From Elusimicrobiota bacterium (GTDB taxonomy: Bacteria; Elusimicrobiota; Endomicrobiia; Endomicrobiales; JBDRNC01): DNA of 64,000 nucleotides. Position numbers and translations under genes: made by a program. Location of the stretch: the NCBI GenBank assembly GCA_043811535.1, contig JBDRNC010000038.1:1-64000 (forward strand). The letters are read 5' to 3'. Shown one piece after another: positions 17,786 to 26,975 of the stretch. Within the stretch, counting starts at the first letter, position 1. The number at the start of each line of letters is the position of its first letter. The notes under the pieces are model-generated. The model saw nothing but the letters and a program-made list of their open reading frames with translations. It was not told the DNA's origin and did not search any database.

Positions 17786-18790
17786 ATGAAGAAATTAGTA
17801 GCGATGATTTGTTTGGTAGCGATGTGCGTTTCGCCGGTAATGGCGCGTACCTATGTGACGCTGGATAACATGGACGCCACAACGGGCTGGTCAGGTATAG
17901 GCGAGAATGACGCGGTAAATACGCTTACTTCGGTTGCCGGGCAGACGGGCAACGCCGTGCAGTCCGCTTACACGATGAACACGGGCAGCTGGATAAATAT
18001 CGGCAAGACGCCCGAAACGAGCAATTTGAGCACGATGGAGTCCCTTAGATTACTGATAAGGGGCACCGGAACGGAGAATTCGATACAAGTGAAATTGAGA
18101 GATGACGGGGACAGGATATTTGGATACGATATCGCGACGCCTAAAAGCAATGCAGCTGATTGGACGACCCTAGAGATAGAAAAAGCGCAGTTTATCTATT
18201 TCTGGGGCGGTGCTGACCAGAACTTCAACTGGGGTAATGTTGTTAGCATCGACATAGCGCTTTCGGGAGCGACCGGTTCAGGAACACTGCTTATCGATGA
18301 GCTCGAGCTCGGGAATCCCGATTCGTCTGGCGGAAACACCGCGGACGTGACGGTAACCGTAGTTAACGCGGAAGTAAGCGTGGAAGTGACGGGAAGCGTC
18401 GCGCTCGGCACGGTTGTAGCCGGGCAATCAAAGGTTTCGGAAAGCGCGGTGACAGTCACCAATTCCGGCACCGGAAACGCGACATTCAAGCTTCAGCTGA
18501 CGAACCCGGCCGATTGGACGGCGTCAACTGTCGCCGACACGAACCAGTACGTGCTTAACGGAGCATTCGCCAGCGCCGCGGCCGCAATTACGTGGAGCGA
18601 AGCGAACCATAACCTGACCACGACGTCAGTTTCATGCACGGATACAATATTTTCGGGCGACCAGACCGGCACGGGAGTAGCCGCCAGCGCGAGCAGGAGC
18701 CTCTGGTTCCAGTTCAAGGCGCCTACAGTCGTTTCTTCTGAAGCGGCGCACACGATCACCGTTACAGTCACGGCAGTCGCACAGCCGTAA
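17786..18790 (+). CDS. secreted CBM11-like domain fused to a Thr/Val/Ala-rich Ig-like (WxL/TasA-like) domain
   Basis: AGGAGG RBS, signal peptide, LDNMD..GW, YFWGG; C-terminal VTVTNSG..LWFQFKAPT..HTITVTVTA. Confidence 0.65.
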   Translation: MKKLVAMICLVAMCVSPVMARTYVTLDNMDATTGWSGIGENDAVNTLTSVAGQTGNAVQSAYTMNTGSWINIGKTPETSNLSTMESLRLLIRGTGTENSIQVKLRDDGDRIFGYDIATPKSNAADWTTLEIEKAQFIYFWGGADQNFNWGNVVSIDIALSGATGSGTLLIDELELGNPDSSGGNTADVTVTVVNAEVSVEVTGSVALGTVVAGQSKVSESAVTVTNSGTGNATFKLQLTNPADWTASTVADTNQYVLNGAFASAAAAITWSEANHNLTTTSVSCTDTIFSGDQTGTGVAASASRSLWFQFKAPTVVSSEAAHTITVTVTAVAQP

Positions 18791-18806
18791 CAGCGCTGTA
18801 AATTAT

Positions 18807-18841
18807 GGGAGGCGGGGGATATCCCCCGCCTCCTTAATTTT
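18807..18841 (+). terminator. strong GC stem-loop (terminator or mRNA stabiliser)
   Basis: GGAGGCGGGGGA-TA-TCCCCCGCCTCC followed by TTAATTTT. Confidence 0.7.
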
Positions 18842-18843
18842 AA

Positions 18844-19809
18844 ATGAAAAAAACCATAGTTTTACTTTTATCTATTCAGTTGTCAGCGATAACCGGTTTC
18901 TGCGCCTTCAAGGACGTAAACTGGAGCGTAAGGTCATCCGGCATGGGTGGGGCATTCATAGCCGTCGCGGACGACGCGAGCAGCGCGCTGATCAATCCCG
19001 CGGGCATAAATCAGATCGAGCGAAGCGAGGCCGCTTTTATGTACACAAAACTCTTTACAGGCCTTGAAAACGTCGATCTTGCCATGCAGTACGCGTCCAT
19101 AGTGCATGCCGCCGGGAAGTACGGGAACTTCGGCGTGACTTGGGCGTATTTTGACACGAAAGACGTATACAGCGAAAACACCGTAGCATATACCCACGCG
19201 ATCAATCTTGCCGAATACAAGCCTGAATTTCCGGATATCTTTCTAGGCGCAAACATTAAATTCCTGTCGCACAGGTATATCACCGACCAGTTAACGGCCG
19301 ACGACCCGGTTTTCAAGAACGGGACATCCAAATGGGGAATAACCGCCGATATTGGATTGCTGAGCTATCCTTTGCCGGACAGTCTTCCGAATTTTTCGTA
19401 CGGAATCACGTGGAAAAACATCACCCAGCCGGATGTCGGGCTTGAGACCAGAGATATCGTTCCGATGGAACTTAACGGCGGCGTCGCGTACGGCGCGGGC
19501 AGCGTAAAACTGCTGGGTTTCATGAGCATGACCGATGTCATATGGTCGGCGGACGTCAATTACCGCCTTCAGGAGTGGGGCAGGAATGAAAACAAGGTTT
19601 CCGCGTGCCTCGGCGCCGAGTTCTGGATATTCAACAAAACGATAGGTCTCCGGGCTGGCGGGGGAACGCGCGAGGCGTCCGCCGGCACCAGTTTCCAGTT
19701 TGATATAGCCAAAGATTTCAGTATCCGGTTCGATTACGCGGTTAATTTCCCGTTTTATCTGACGGGCTCTTCCGGAAGCCACAGGGGCTCGTTCTCGGTG
19801 AAGTTCTAA
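18844..19809 (+). CDS. PorV/PorP-SprF-like outer-membrane beta-barrel
   Basis: VRSSGMGGAFIAVADDAS..INPAG; ends GSHRGSFSVKF; paralogue of 16234. Confidence 0.8.
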   Translation: MKKTIVLLLSIQLSAITGFCAFKDVNWSVRSSGMGGAFIAVADDASSALINPAGINQIERSEAAFMYTKLFTGLENVDLAMQYASIVHAAGKYGNFGVTWAYFDTKDVYSENTVAYTHAINLAEYKPEFPDIFLGANIKFLSHRYITDQLTADDPVFKNGTSKWGITADIGLLSYPLPDSLPNFSYGITWKNITQPDVGLETRDIVPMELNGGVAYGAGSVKLLGFMSMTDVIWSADVNYRLQEWGRNENKVSACLGAEFWIFNKTIGLRAGGGTREASAGTSFQFDIAKDFSIRFDYAVNFPFYLTGSSGSHRGSFSVKF

Positions 19810-20999
19810 TGATGAAAAAGCTATTTGCCCTTATCTTTATTGCGATTCCGTGCTGCGCGTCGGCCGCGTGGATCTCGGCGACGCCCGAGGTACAGATAGA
19901 GGCCGTGACAGTCGGCAGGGAATGCAATATGCGGCCCCTGAAATTCCCGCTGTTCGTGAAAAACAAGGGAAACAGTCCGGTTACCGTCACGATAAAAGCG
20001 GTCCAGCCGGAGGGCACGCTCATGAGAGCGGGATACGAACCGCTTCCTTTGCTGAGCAGGATAGTGCTGGCGAATGATAAAATGACATTAATGCCGGGCG
20101 AGAAAAAAACGCTGGACGGCATGCTTTTCCTTCCGAGAAACTACAGGTTTCTTGAGAAAAAATACCAGTTTCACGTATTTTTCAAGGTTTCGTCCGTATT
20201 CGGTTTCCCGTCAGCTCCCGCGGCTGGCTCAAGCGGCATAGGCGTCTATCCCGGGGTTGAGAGCGTGATACTCGTGTCCACGCTTAAGGAGATGGCGAAG
20301 ACCGAAATTGAAAAAGACATGGACGGGGCGGGCGGTGAAATAGAAGATCCCGATGTGATGTACATGAATATACCGCCCGGGGCATTGAGCAAAAAGACTA
20401 AAATCAAGATAACCGAGCTCGCGTATGACGATATACCGAAAAAAACCGGTTTGGACGCCGCGGACGCCGTGTTGGCGTTCAAGTTCGAGCCGGAGGGCAC
20501 CATATTCAAAAAACCCGTGAAGTTAAAACTGTATTATTCTGATTTTGACAATGACGGCATAGTCGATAAAATCGGCGTTAAAGTCGAAGACCTCAAGGTG
20601 TTTTATTGGAACGGGTACAGGTGGGAGCTCATAGGCGGCAAGGTGGATGTCGCGGCAAAGACCGTTGAAGTTGAGTTGTATCATTTTTCGGTGTACGGTG
20701 TGTTCCCTGCGGCCCAATCGGCCCCGTCCAGTTATATACCCCAGCAGAAGATAATCACGCCGGCTAACATGGACGGCAAAAACGATTTTATCTCTTTCCC
20801 GGGTCTGCAGGGGAGTTATTCAATAGATATTTTTGACATCACGGGAATGAGGGTCATAACGCTTGGGAATAAAAATATATGGTACGGCCTCGATGAGGAC
20901 GGAAATCTGGTTGAAAGCGGCGCTTATATCTATAAATATGATGTGGATATCAACGGAATAAAAAAGACAATGACAGGAGTTGTAGTTGTAGCGAAGTGA
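19809..20999 (+). CDS. secreted protein: Ig/DUF916-like N-terminus, ZU5-like and CHU_C-like C-terminal domain
   Basis: VKNKGNSPVTV..MTLMPGEKK; IPPGAL..FEPEG..FKKPVKL; IITPANMDGKND..VESGAYIY..GVVVVAK. Confidence 0.65.
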   Translation: MMKKLFALIFIAIPCCASAAWISATPEVQIEAVTVGRECNMRPLKFPLFVKNKGNSPVTVTIKAVQPEGTLMRAGYEPLPLLSRIVLANDKMTLMPGEKKTLDGMLFLPRNYRFLEKKYQFHVFFKVSSVFGFPSAPAAGSSGIGVYPGVESVILVSTLKEMAKTEIEKDMDGAGGEIEDPDVMYMNIPPGALSKKTKIKITELAYDDIPKKTGLDAADAVLAFKFEPEGTIFKKPVKLKLYYSDFDNDGIVDKIGVKVEDLKVFYWNGYRWELIGGKVDVAAKTVEVELYHFSVYGVFPAAQSAPSSYIPQQKIITPANMDGKNDFISFPGLQGSYSIDIFDITGMRVITLGNKNIWYGLDEDGNLVESGAYIYKYDVDINGIKKTMTGVVVVAK

Positions 21000-21036
21000 A
21001 TAAAATTGAGATATTTTCGTACGAATCCAATTTTAT

Positions 21037-21076
21037 TCATCCTGAGGAGTCCGCAACGGCGGGTGACGAAGGATCT
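21037..21076. repeat. REP-like dispersed repeat (TCATCCTGAG...CGAAGGATCT)
   Basis: TCATCCTGAGGAG-TCCGCAACGGCGG-GTGACGAAGGATCT with internal hairpin. Confidence 0.45.
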
Positions 21077-21261
21077 TCAGAATAACAACCGCGAAGTAAT
21101 GCTCTCTCAAATCGTAAATCTGATAAAAAAACAACTTACCGGACGACATTTAGGATTATTTGCAAGTTCTTTCAGAATGTGACTGCGGCGCCGCTGGAAA
21201 ATTTCCCGGGAAAATAAAAACACGACGGAAAAATGGCGTTTGGTTTCTTTTGAGATATCCT

Positions 21262-21351
21262 GCAATCGTTTGCAGAAAAACATTTTAATAGGTAGTATTG
21301 ACACGTAACCCCTATTTTATTATAATAACCGAAAGTTAGGCAAACATTTGC
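21262..21351 (+). promoter_or_regulatory. consensus promoter flanked by two LacI operators
   Basis: GCAATCGTTTGC 21262-21273; TTGACA 21298-21303, 17 bp, TATAAT 21321-21326; GCAAACATTTGC 21340-21351. Confidence 0.85.
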
Positions 21352-21400
21352 CTGGAACAGCGGAGAAAATAACTAAAGATTAGCGCAAAAAGGAGAGAAA

Positions 21401-23869
21401 ATGAGGATATTTGGCAGGATTCTTCCGGTATTTGCGGTAAAATTTGCAGTAATTTGCTGTGTTTTCATGCTTACGAATGCTAACGTTTTCTCGGGATGGG
21501 AAAATTCTCAAGGTTTTTTCTCTTTTAGAGAAATAAATGGTAAAAAAACATTTATTGATCCTGACGGGAAACCTTTTCATTCGTTAGCAATGGTGTACGC
21601 CTATGGGCCGGAATCTCCGGATTACAAGAAAGAAGTAAAGATTCAGGATGTAATAGCTGAAATAGCCAAGATGAAAGAATATGGATTTAACACGCTAAAT
21701 CTTTACGGAGACATGTATCTTGACGATATCCTGGTATGGTGCGAACAGAACAACATGGCTTTCTATCCCAGGACTAACTATACAGGCGATGAGTATCCGG
21801 ATTTCATGGACAGCGAATTCCGTAACAAGGCAAAGCACTCTTATGACGAATATCTCAAAAAGATAAAGAAGTACCGCTGTGTGCTGGCCATTGACATGGA
21901 TATGAGATGGATGTTTAAGGACAGCGACTGGATCGGCAGGAAACATCCTTCATTGCCTGGACTGGGCAAGGCAACGGTTGCATATTTCCCGCAATGGCTG
22001 AAAACGAAATACGTCAAAATAAGCCAGCTGAACAGGGCGTGGAAGAAGAGATACACGTTTTTTGAAGATGCCATAATGGACGCGGCCGTCGTTGAAAAGG
22101 ATGCTTTCCTGAATCTCGGTGTGAATCCATGGAGGAACGATGTATTTGAATACACGCACTGGGTTATTAATGATTTTCTCAAGGACCTGACCGCTTATAT
22201 GAGGAGTATAGACCCGAACCACCTGATTACATACACGACGGAACTTCCGGAGCCGTTTAATTTTCCGGTTTCAACTCTTGAAAACAGCGGGATAGATTTT
22301 ACTTCACCCGTGCATTATAATTCTGACATGGATTACGGCCGCGACTGGATATCGCTTGCGAAACTCCTGCTGCAGTGCAAGTTCCATGCCGACCTCTACG
22401 GCACACCCGTGTATATCTCTGAAAGCGGATGGAGGACGAAGACACTAATGCAAAGGCCGCCATCTACTGCGTACGCGATGGCCAAGATAGGCGATGAAAA
22501 TCAGCTGGCCGAATTATATTTAAGACAGAACGCCGCGATCGCGGCCCTTCCATTTCTTACAGGATGGTCGTACTTTAAATGGTTTGACAAGTGGTTTGAA
22601 GGCGATTTTGGTTTCATAAATGACAACGGTAGCGACAAACCTATATCCAGGTTAGGCAAGGTCATGAACCAGATAGTTCAGGTCAATAACGAAGGGGAAA
22701 AGGAGCCGGAGCTGTACATATATTACCCTTCTTACAATTTCGCTTCTACGTGGGCGAGCTTCAGCCAGCATAAAACTGCCGTAGTTCTGCTGGAGTATGA
22801 ATTCATGACCCAGTTTGACTTATATTGCAACGAGGTGGCGTCAAGGTACGTCAAAAATCCAAGCCAGTCAATGAAGAGCGCCAAGCTTTTTACAGATATT
22901 CTTCCGATGTATAAGAAAACCTGGCTTCCGTTTAAATTCGTCAGCGGTATTCCTGATGACAATAAGCCGGTTTTACTCGCGGGCAGGTCCCTGGAACAGC
23001 TTACCGAACAGGATAGAAAGAAGCTGTCCACGAAAAGAACGATTACTTTCGGGGAAGCAGGCATATATAATGAAACATTTGAAGAGACGCCGCCGTGGTA
23101 CCTTGAGGCCGTAGGCATCAACCCGAAAATGTACGAGACCAAGACGACGCAAATAGATATCTCCGGGCTTTTGGACGGCAAAAAAGGATCCGCGAAAAAC
23201 TGTCTTGAAAAAGACTGCGAGTTCCAGATTTACGAAAACGGCAAAGATATAAAGTATGTCCGCTGTTCCGGCCAGTCCATAAAGATAGATCTTCAGTCGT
23301 TTACGAAACTGCAGTTTCTCGCCGCGTCGTCAGGCGTGAACATTTGCGACAAGGTGGTCCTTAAGTATTCTGACGGGAGCAGCGATGACGTTTATCTCGG
23401 TCCTACCGTGCCTTCGTGGAGCGAAGAGCCCGCTTTCGGCCATCTCGGATTGAAAACAAAGATAGGGGGCAAAAAGGCATATATTGCCCACATATCCGAT
23501 CTTCCCGTGAATCCCATGAAAAAACTCGCGGAAATCAAACTGCCCGACCAGTCGGACATCTGCATCTTCGCGATATCCGCGAACGGGTACGGAGTTGTCA
23601 GGGATTGTTTCGTCACTGTGGACTTCAACGGAAATAAAATAGAGGGTATAACTCCGTGGATGTTGTGCCTCAGAGGGGACATAAAAGAGGATTTTATGAC
23701 CTTGGCAAGATTCGCGAACGGGAGTCCGGCTATCGTACAGAGCAAAGACGGAAAGCATATAGCGTATCTGTATGATCCGCTTACATGGGAAGGCACTGAT
23801 GATGAAATTAGCAGGTTATGGGGTCCGCAGTCGTCAATTCTAAAGCAACTGATTAAGGAGCTCAAATGA
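21401..23869 (+). CDS. secreted clan GH-A-like (GH5/GH42/GH50-like) glycoside hydrolase-fold protein
   Basis: FIDPDGKPF, MKEYGFNTL, WLKTKY..ISQLNRAW, RSIDPNHLITY, PVYISESGW, GDFGFI. Confidence 0.65.
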   Translation: MRIFGRILPVFAVKFAVICCVFMLTNANVFSGWENSQGFFSFREINGKKTFIDPDGKPFHSLAMVYAYGPESPDYKKEVKIQDVIAEIAKMKEYGFNTLNLYGDMYLDDILVWCEQNNMAFYPRTNYTGDEYPDFMDSEFRNKAKHSYDEYLKKIKKYRCVLAIDMDMRWMFKDSDWIGRKHPSLPGLGKATVAYFPQWLKTKYVKISQLNRAWKKRYTFFEDAIMDAAVVEKDAFLNLGVNPWRNDVFEYTHWVINDFLKDLTAYMRSIDPNHLITYTTELPEPFNFPVSTLENSGIDFTSPVHYNSDMDYGRDWISLAKLLLQCKFHADLYGTPVYISESGWRTKTLMQRPPSTAYAMAKIGDENQLAELYLRQNAAIAALPFLTGWSYFKWFDKWFEGDFGFINDNGSDKPISRLGKVMNQIVQVNNEGEKEPELYIYYPSYNFASTWASFSQHKTAVVLLEYEFMTQFDLYCNEVASRYVKNPSQSMKSAKLFTDILPMYKKTWLPFKFVSGIPDDNKPVLLAGRSLEQLTEQDRKKLSTKRTITFGEAGIYNETFEETPPWYLEAVGINPKMYETKTTQIDISGLLDGKKGSAKNCLEKDCEFQIYENGKDIKYVRCSGQSIKIDLQSFTKLQFLAASSGVNICDKVVLKYSDGSSDDVYLGPTVPSWSEEPAFGHLGLKTKIGGKKAYIAHISDLPVNPMKKLAEIKLPDQSDICIFAISANGYGVVRDCFVTVDFNGNKIEGITPWMLCLRGDIKEDFMTLARFANGSPAIVQSKDGKHIAYLYDPLTWEGTDDEISRLWGPQSSILKQLIKELK

Positions 23870-25230
23870 AAACAGGAACTCTGATGAAAGGTCTCTTTAT
23901 TGCGGTTATACTGATTTCTTTTTTCTCGGTTTCTGATGCGAAGTATATCCGTACGTGGCTCTTATGCGGGCCGTTTGCGGGAGGCATAGACGGGGAATAT
24001 ATACCCGGCGAGAAGGAAATTGCAGCATCGGAAGGAGCGGTGTCGAGCGGGAAAAAGTGGATTGTCTATTCATCTCTTGAGACCGCTGTGAATTTAATGG
24101 ATGAGACAGCGATAGGCGTATATAATGAAAGCAATGCCTATGCTTACATTGGAATAAATTCACCATCTGACAAGACAGCCCGCCTTCTGCTGGGGAGCGA
24201 TGACGGTGTCAAAGTATGGGTAAATGGAGTCCTTGTATTGAGGAACGATATACCGCGCGCCTTGAAACTTGATGAGGACAAGCTGATTGTTAACCTGAAG
24301 AAGGGAAAAAACAGGCTTCTTCTTAAGATAAGAAATATCGGCGGAGGATGGTTCCTGTCTGCGAATATCACAGATATGTCCGGAAAGAGCATATCCGGCC
24401 TCACTTTCAATCCCGCGCAGGAGGACCTGATAAGAGTTCCTGTGAAAAAGATAATATATTCTGCCGTTCAGGGCGACGACCTAATCCAGTATTCGCCCGT
24501 GTTCATGCTGGATGGGAACGAAACAACAAGATGGTCGAGCGGATTTTCGGATGAGGAAAGGGCAACTTTCGATTTCGGTGAAATAACTACGATTACAAAA
24601 GCAGCTATTCAATGGGAAAACGCTTATGCGTCCTCATATGAATTGCTAATTTCCAAGGATGGTTTGAAATGGGACAGGATGTATGCGACAGATAAGGGAA
24701 AGGGCGGCAAGGAATATATAAAGCTTGCTAACCCCGCGGCAGGAAGATACATGAGAATCAATTTCCTGAGAAGGGCGACTTCATGGGGCAATTCGATATT
24801 TGAGTTGTATCTTTTCGGCAGGGCCAATAGGGAATACGATGAAGATTATTACGAGAAATCGGTTGGAAACATACAGATAGAAAGGGATTTGAGCATCAAA
24901 CAACCCCTGCAATTCAACAAGTATCCCAAAAAAGTGAGTGTCGGAAAGGACGCTGAGGTCGAAGTGGAGTGGACCGAAGCCCCTTCAAGCAGTGATTACA
25001 GAATGGTAATCCAGCTTGAGAACTGGGATCTCAGTCCGGGCATATGCCAGACGGCGAACGTGGACCAGTTTGAAACCAAGGGCAAGAAAACCGTTATGAT
25101 TTCTATACCGAAAGATATCCCGAAAATAGAAGGTTATAGATTCGTGGTTGCTTTCATTTCGAAAACAAAGAATTGGGATGATGTAAGCATGATGATCGCC
25201 ACGCAGAAAGACGTGGAAGTTGTTAAGTAG
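23866..25230 (+). CDS. secreted PA14-like plus F5/8 type C (CBM32/discoidin) protein
   Basis: IRTWLLCGPF, LGSDDGVKVWVNG, LKKGKNRLLLK; DGNETTRWSS..WENAYA..WGNSIFE. Confidence 0.75.
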   Translation: MKTGTLMKGLFIAVILISFFSVSDAKYIRTWLLCGPFAGGIDGEYIPGEKEIAASEGAVSSGKKWIVYSSLETAVNLMDETAIGVYNESNAYAYIGINSPSDKTARLLLGSDDGVKVWVNGVLVLRNDIPRALKLDEDKLIVNLKKGKNRLLLKIRNIGGGWFLSANITDMSGKSISGLTFNPAQEDLIRVPVKKIIYSAVQGDDLIQYSPVFMLDGNETTRWSSGFSDEERATFDFGEITTITKAAIQWENAYASSYELLISKDGLKWDRMYATDKGKGGKEYIKLANPAAGRYMRINFLRRATSWGNSIFELYLFGRANREYDEDYYEKSVGNIQIERDLSIKQPLQFNKYPKKVSVGKDAEVEVEWTEAPSSSDYRMVIQLENWDLSPGICQTANVDQFETKGKKTVMISIPKDIPKIEGYRFVVAFISKTKNWDDVSMMIATQKDVEVVK

Positions 25231-25272
25231 CAACTGGACCACGAGATCAGTAAATAGCGGGGAGCAAAAGCC

Positions 25273-25869
25273 ATGAAATTCGTTTGTTTAATGCTTTATG
25301 CGGTATTACTGCTTACGCTGGCCGGATGCGCTGTTGAAAAAGGGGCAAGGTCGGGTCCGGCGGCAAGGGTGCTCACGCTGTCGCAGGCGACGAATCCCGA
25401 CGACATCATAGATTCCATGGATTCAACGACCGGGTGGAATTTTTATTTGGACAAAAAGGCGAAGGTAACGCTTTCTTCTGTCCCGGGACATGTCGGCCAG
25501 GCGGTTAAGGTTTCGTATGACATGATGGACGGCGGCTGGGTGGCCATTAAAAAAAATATAAATAAAGACCTGTCAAAGATCAGGAAGATAAGGTTCGCGG
25601 TGATGGGTGAAGGTTCGGAAAACAGCTTTGAGATAAGGTTTGAAGACATCAATCAGGTCAATCAGGGATATTTGCTGAAGGTCAAATCAAATGTAGGCGC
25701 GTGGAAGATCGTGGAGGTGCCCATGTCAGCATTTGAATATTGGTGGGGTCCGAAAAGCGACTTCGACTGGAAAAGAGTGAAAGACCTGAATTTCGCGGTG
25801 TCCAAAAAGGAAAATGACCAGGGCGGTTCCGGAAAGGTGTATATTGACCAAGTGGAGATAATAAGATGA
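25273..25869 (+). CDS. CBM11-like lipoprotein
   Basis: Lipobox LAGC; IDSMDSTTGW, YWWG, DQGGSGKVYID. Confidence 0.75.
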   Translation: MKFVCLMLYAVLLLTLAGCAVEKGARSGPAARVLTLSQATNPDDIIDSMDSTTGWNFYLDKKAKVTLSSVPGHVGQAVKVSYDMMDGGWVAIKKNINKDLSKIRKIRFAVMGEGSENSFEIRFEDINQVNQGYLLKVKSNVGAWKIVEVPMSAFEYWWGPKSDFDWKRVKDLNFAVSKKENDQGGSGKVYIDQVEIIR

Positions 25870-26867
25870 GCGTGACATTGAAGCAGGTTGCCGATAAGGC
25901 CAGGGTTTCTATTTCAACCGTATCGCGGGTCATCAATAATATACCCACTATCAACGCGCGTACCCGCGAGAAAGTGCTTAAGGTAGTGAGTGAACTGAAT
26001 TATTCCCCGAACAGGATCGCCAAGAGCCTGGTCGAGGGCAGGTCGTACACCCTCGAAATGCTTCTGCCGACTTTCTCGGAAAACAGTTCTCCCGAAGCGG
26101 AGTATTTTTACAGGTTGATAACGGGCATTCTTTCCGCGACGCAGGCGAAGAGCTATAATCTTCTGATAAAGCCAAGGCTTCTGGTTGACGACCCTTCGAA
26201 GAACTGGTTTGATTTTCCCGCTGACGGCTACATAATCGCTTTGCCGGTAATTGAGGATTTTGTCCTCGGCCATCTTAAGGCCCTGCGCAAGCCGGCCGTG
26301 CTGGTGAACAGCCGGTTACCCGAGTTTAACTGGATTGACATTGATAATGTTTCCGCGGGCGCGAAGGTTACAGAACATCTGGTTAAACTCGGACACAAGA
26401 GGATAATATTTATCGGCGGGATGACCGGTAACCAGAATACGGTTGACAGGCTGAACGGATACAAACAAACGCTTTCGCGCAGCGGTCTGGTATTTGACCC
26501 GAAACTCGTCTTCTACGCGGGATTTGACAAGATGGACGCGTACAATATCATCACGGAACAGCTGAACTTGAAGACCGGTTTTACGGCCGTGTTCGCGGCA
26601 AACGACCTTATGGCGTACGGGGCCGCCGACGCCGTCAAGGAAAAGGGGATGAAGGTGCCGGAGGATGTCGCGGTCGCGGGCTTTGACGACATATCAACGT
26701 CTGAATATTTTGACCCTCCGCTCACAACGTTCCGCCAGCCGCTGGTTGAGGAGGGGAAAAAAGCCGCTGAACTGCTGATCCAACAGATAGAAAAGAACAC
26801 GACCAGCACTCAGGGTATTGAGATGGCGGGAGAGCTGATAATACGTAAGTCATGCGGAAACAAGTAA
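25866..26867 (+). CDS. LacI-family transcriptional regulator
   Basis: TLKQVADKARVSISTVSRVIN HTH, NRIAKSL hinge, VPEDVAVAGFDD, PPLTT. Confidence 0.93.
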   Translation: MSVTLKQVADKARVSISTVSRVINNIPTINARTREKVLKVVSELNYSPNRIAKSLVEGRSYTLEMLLPTFSENSSPEAEYFYRLITGILSATQAKSYNLLIKPRLLVDDPSKNWFDFPADGYIIALPVIEDFVLGHLKALRKPAVLVNSRLPEFNWIDIDNVSAGAKVTEHLVKLGHKRIIFIGGMTGNQNTVDRLNGYKQTLSRSGLVFDPKLVFYAGFDKMDAYNIITEQLNLKTGFTAVFAANDLMAYGAADAVKEKGMKVPEDVAVAGFDDISTSEYFDPPLTTFRQPLVEEGKKAAELLIQQIEKNTTSTQGIEMAGELIIRKSCGNK

Positions 26868-26941
26868 ATGGCTAAATGGTTCAATGGTTAAATGGTTAAT
26901 TGTTTGTGTCTTTAACCATATAGCCATTAAGCCATGTAGCA
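26865..26941. repeat. short copy of the 9-mer palindromic element
   Basis: TAAATGGCTAAATGGTTCAATGGTTAAATGG ... TAACCATATAGCCATTAAGCCAT. Confidence 0.8.
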
Positions 26942-26975
26942 ATAAGTTGTTATAAAAAGGAGACATTAAGTACAA

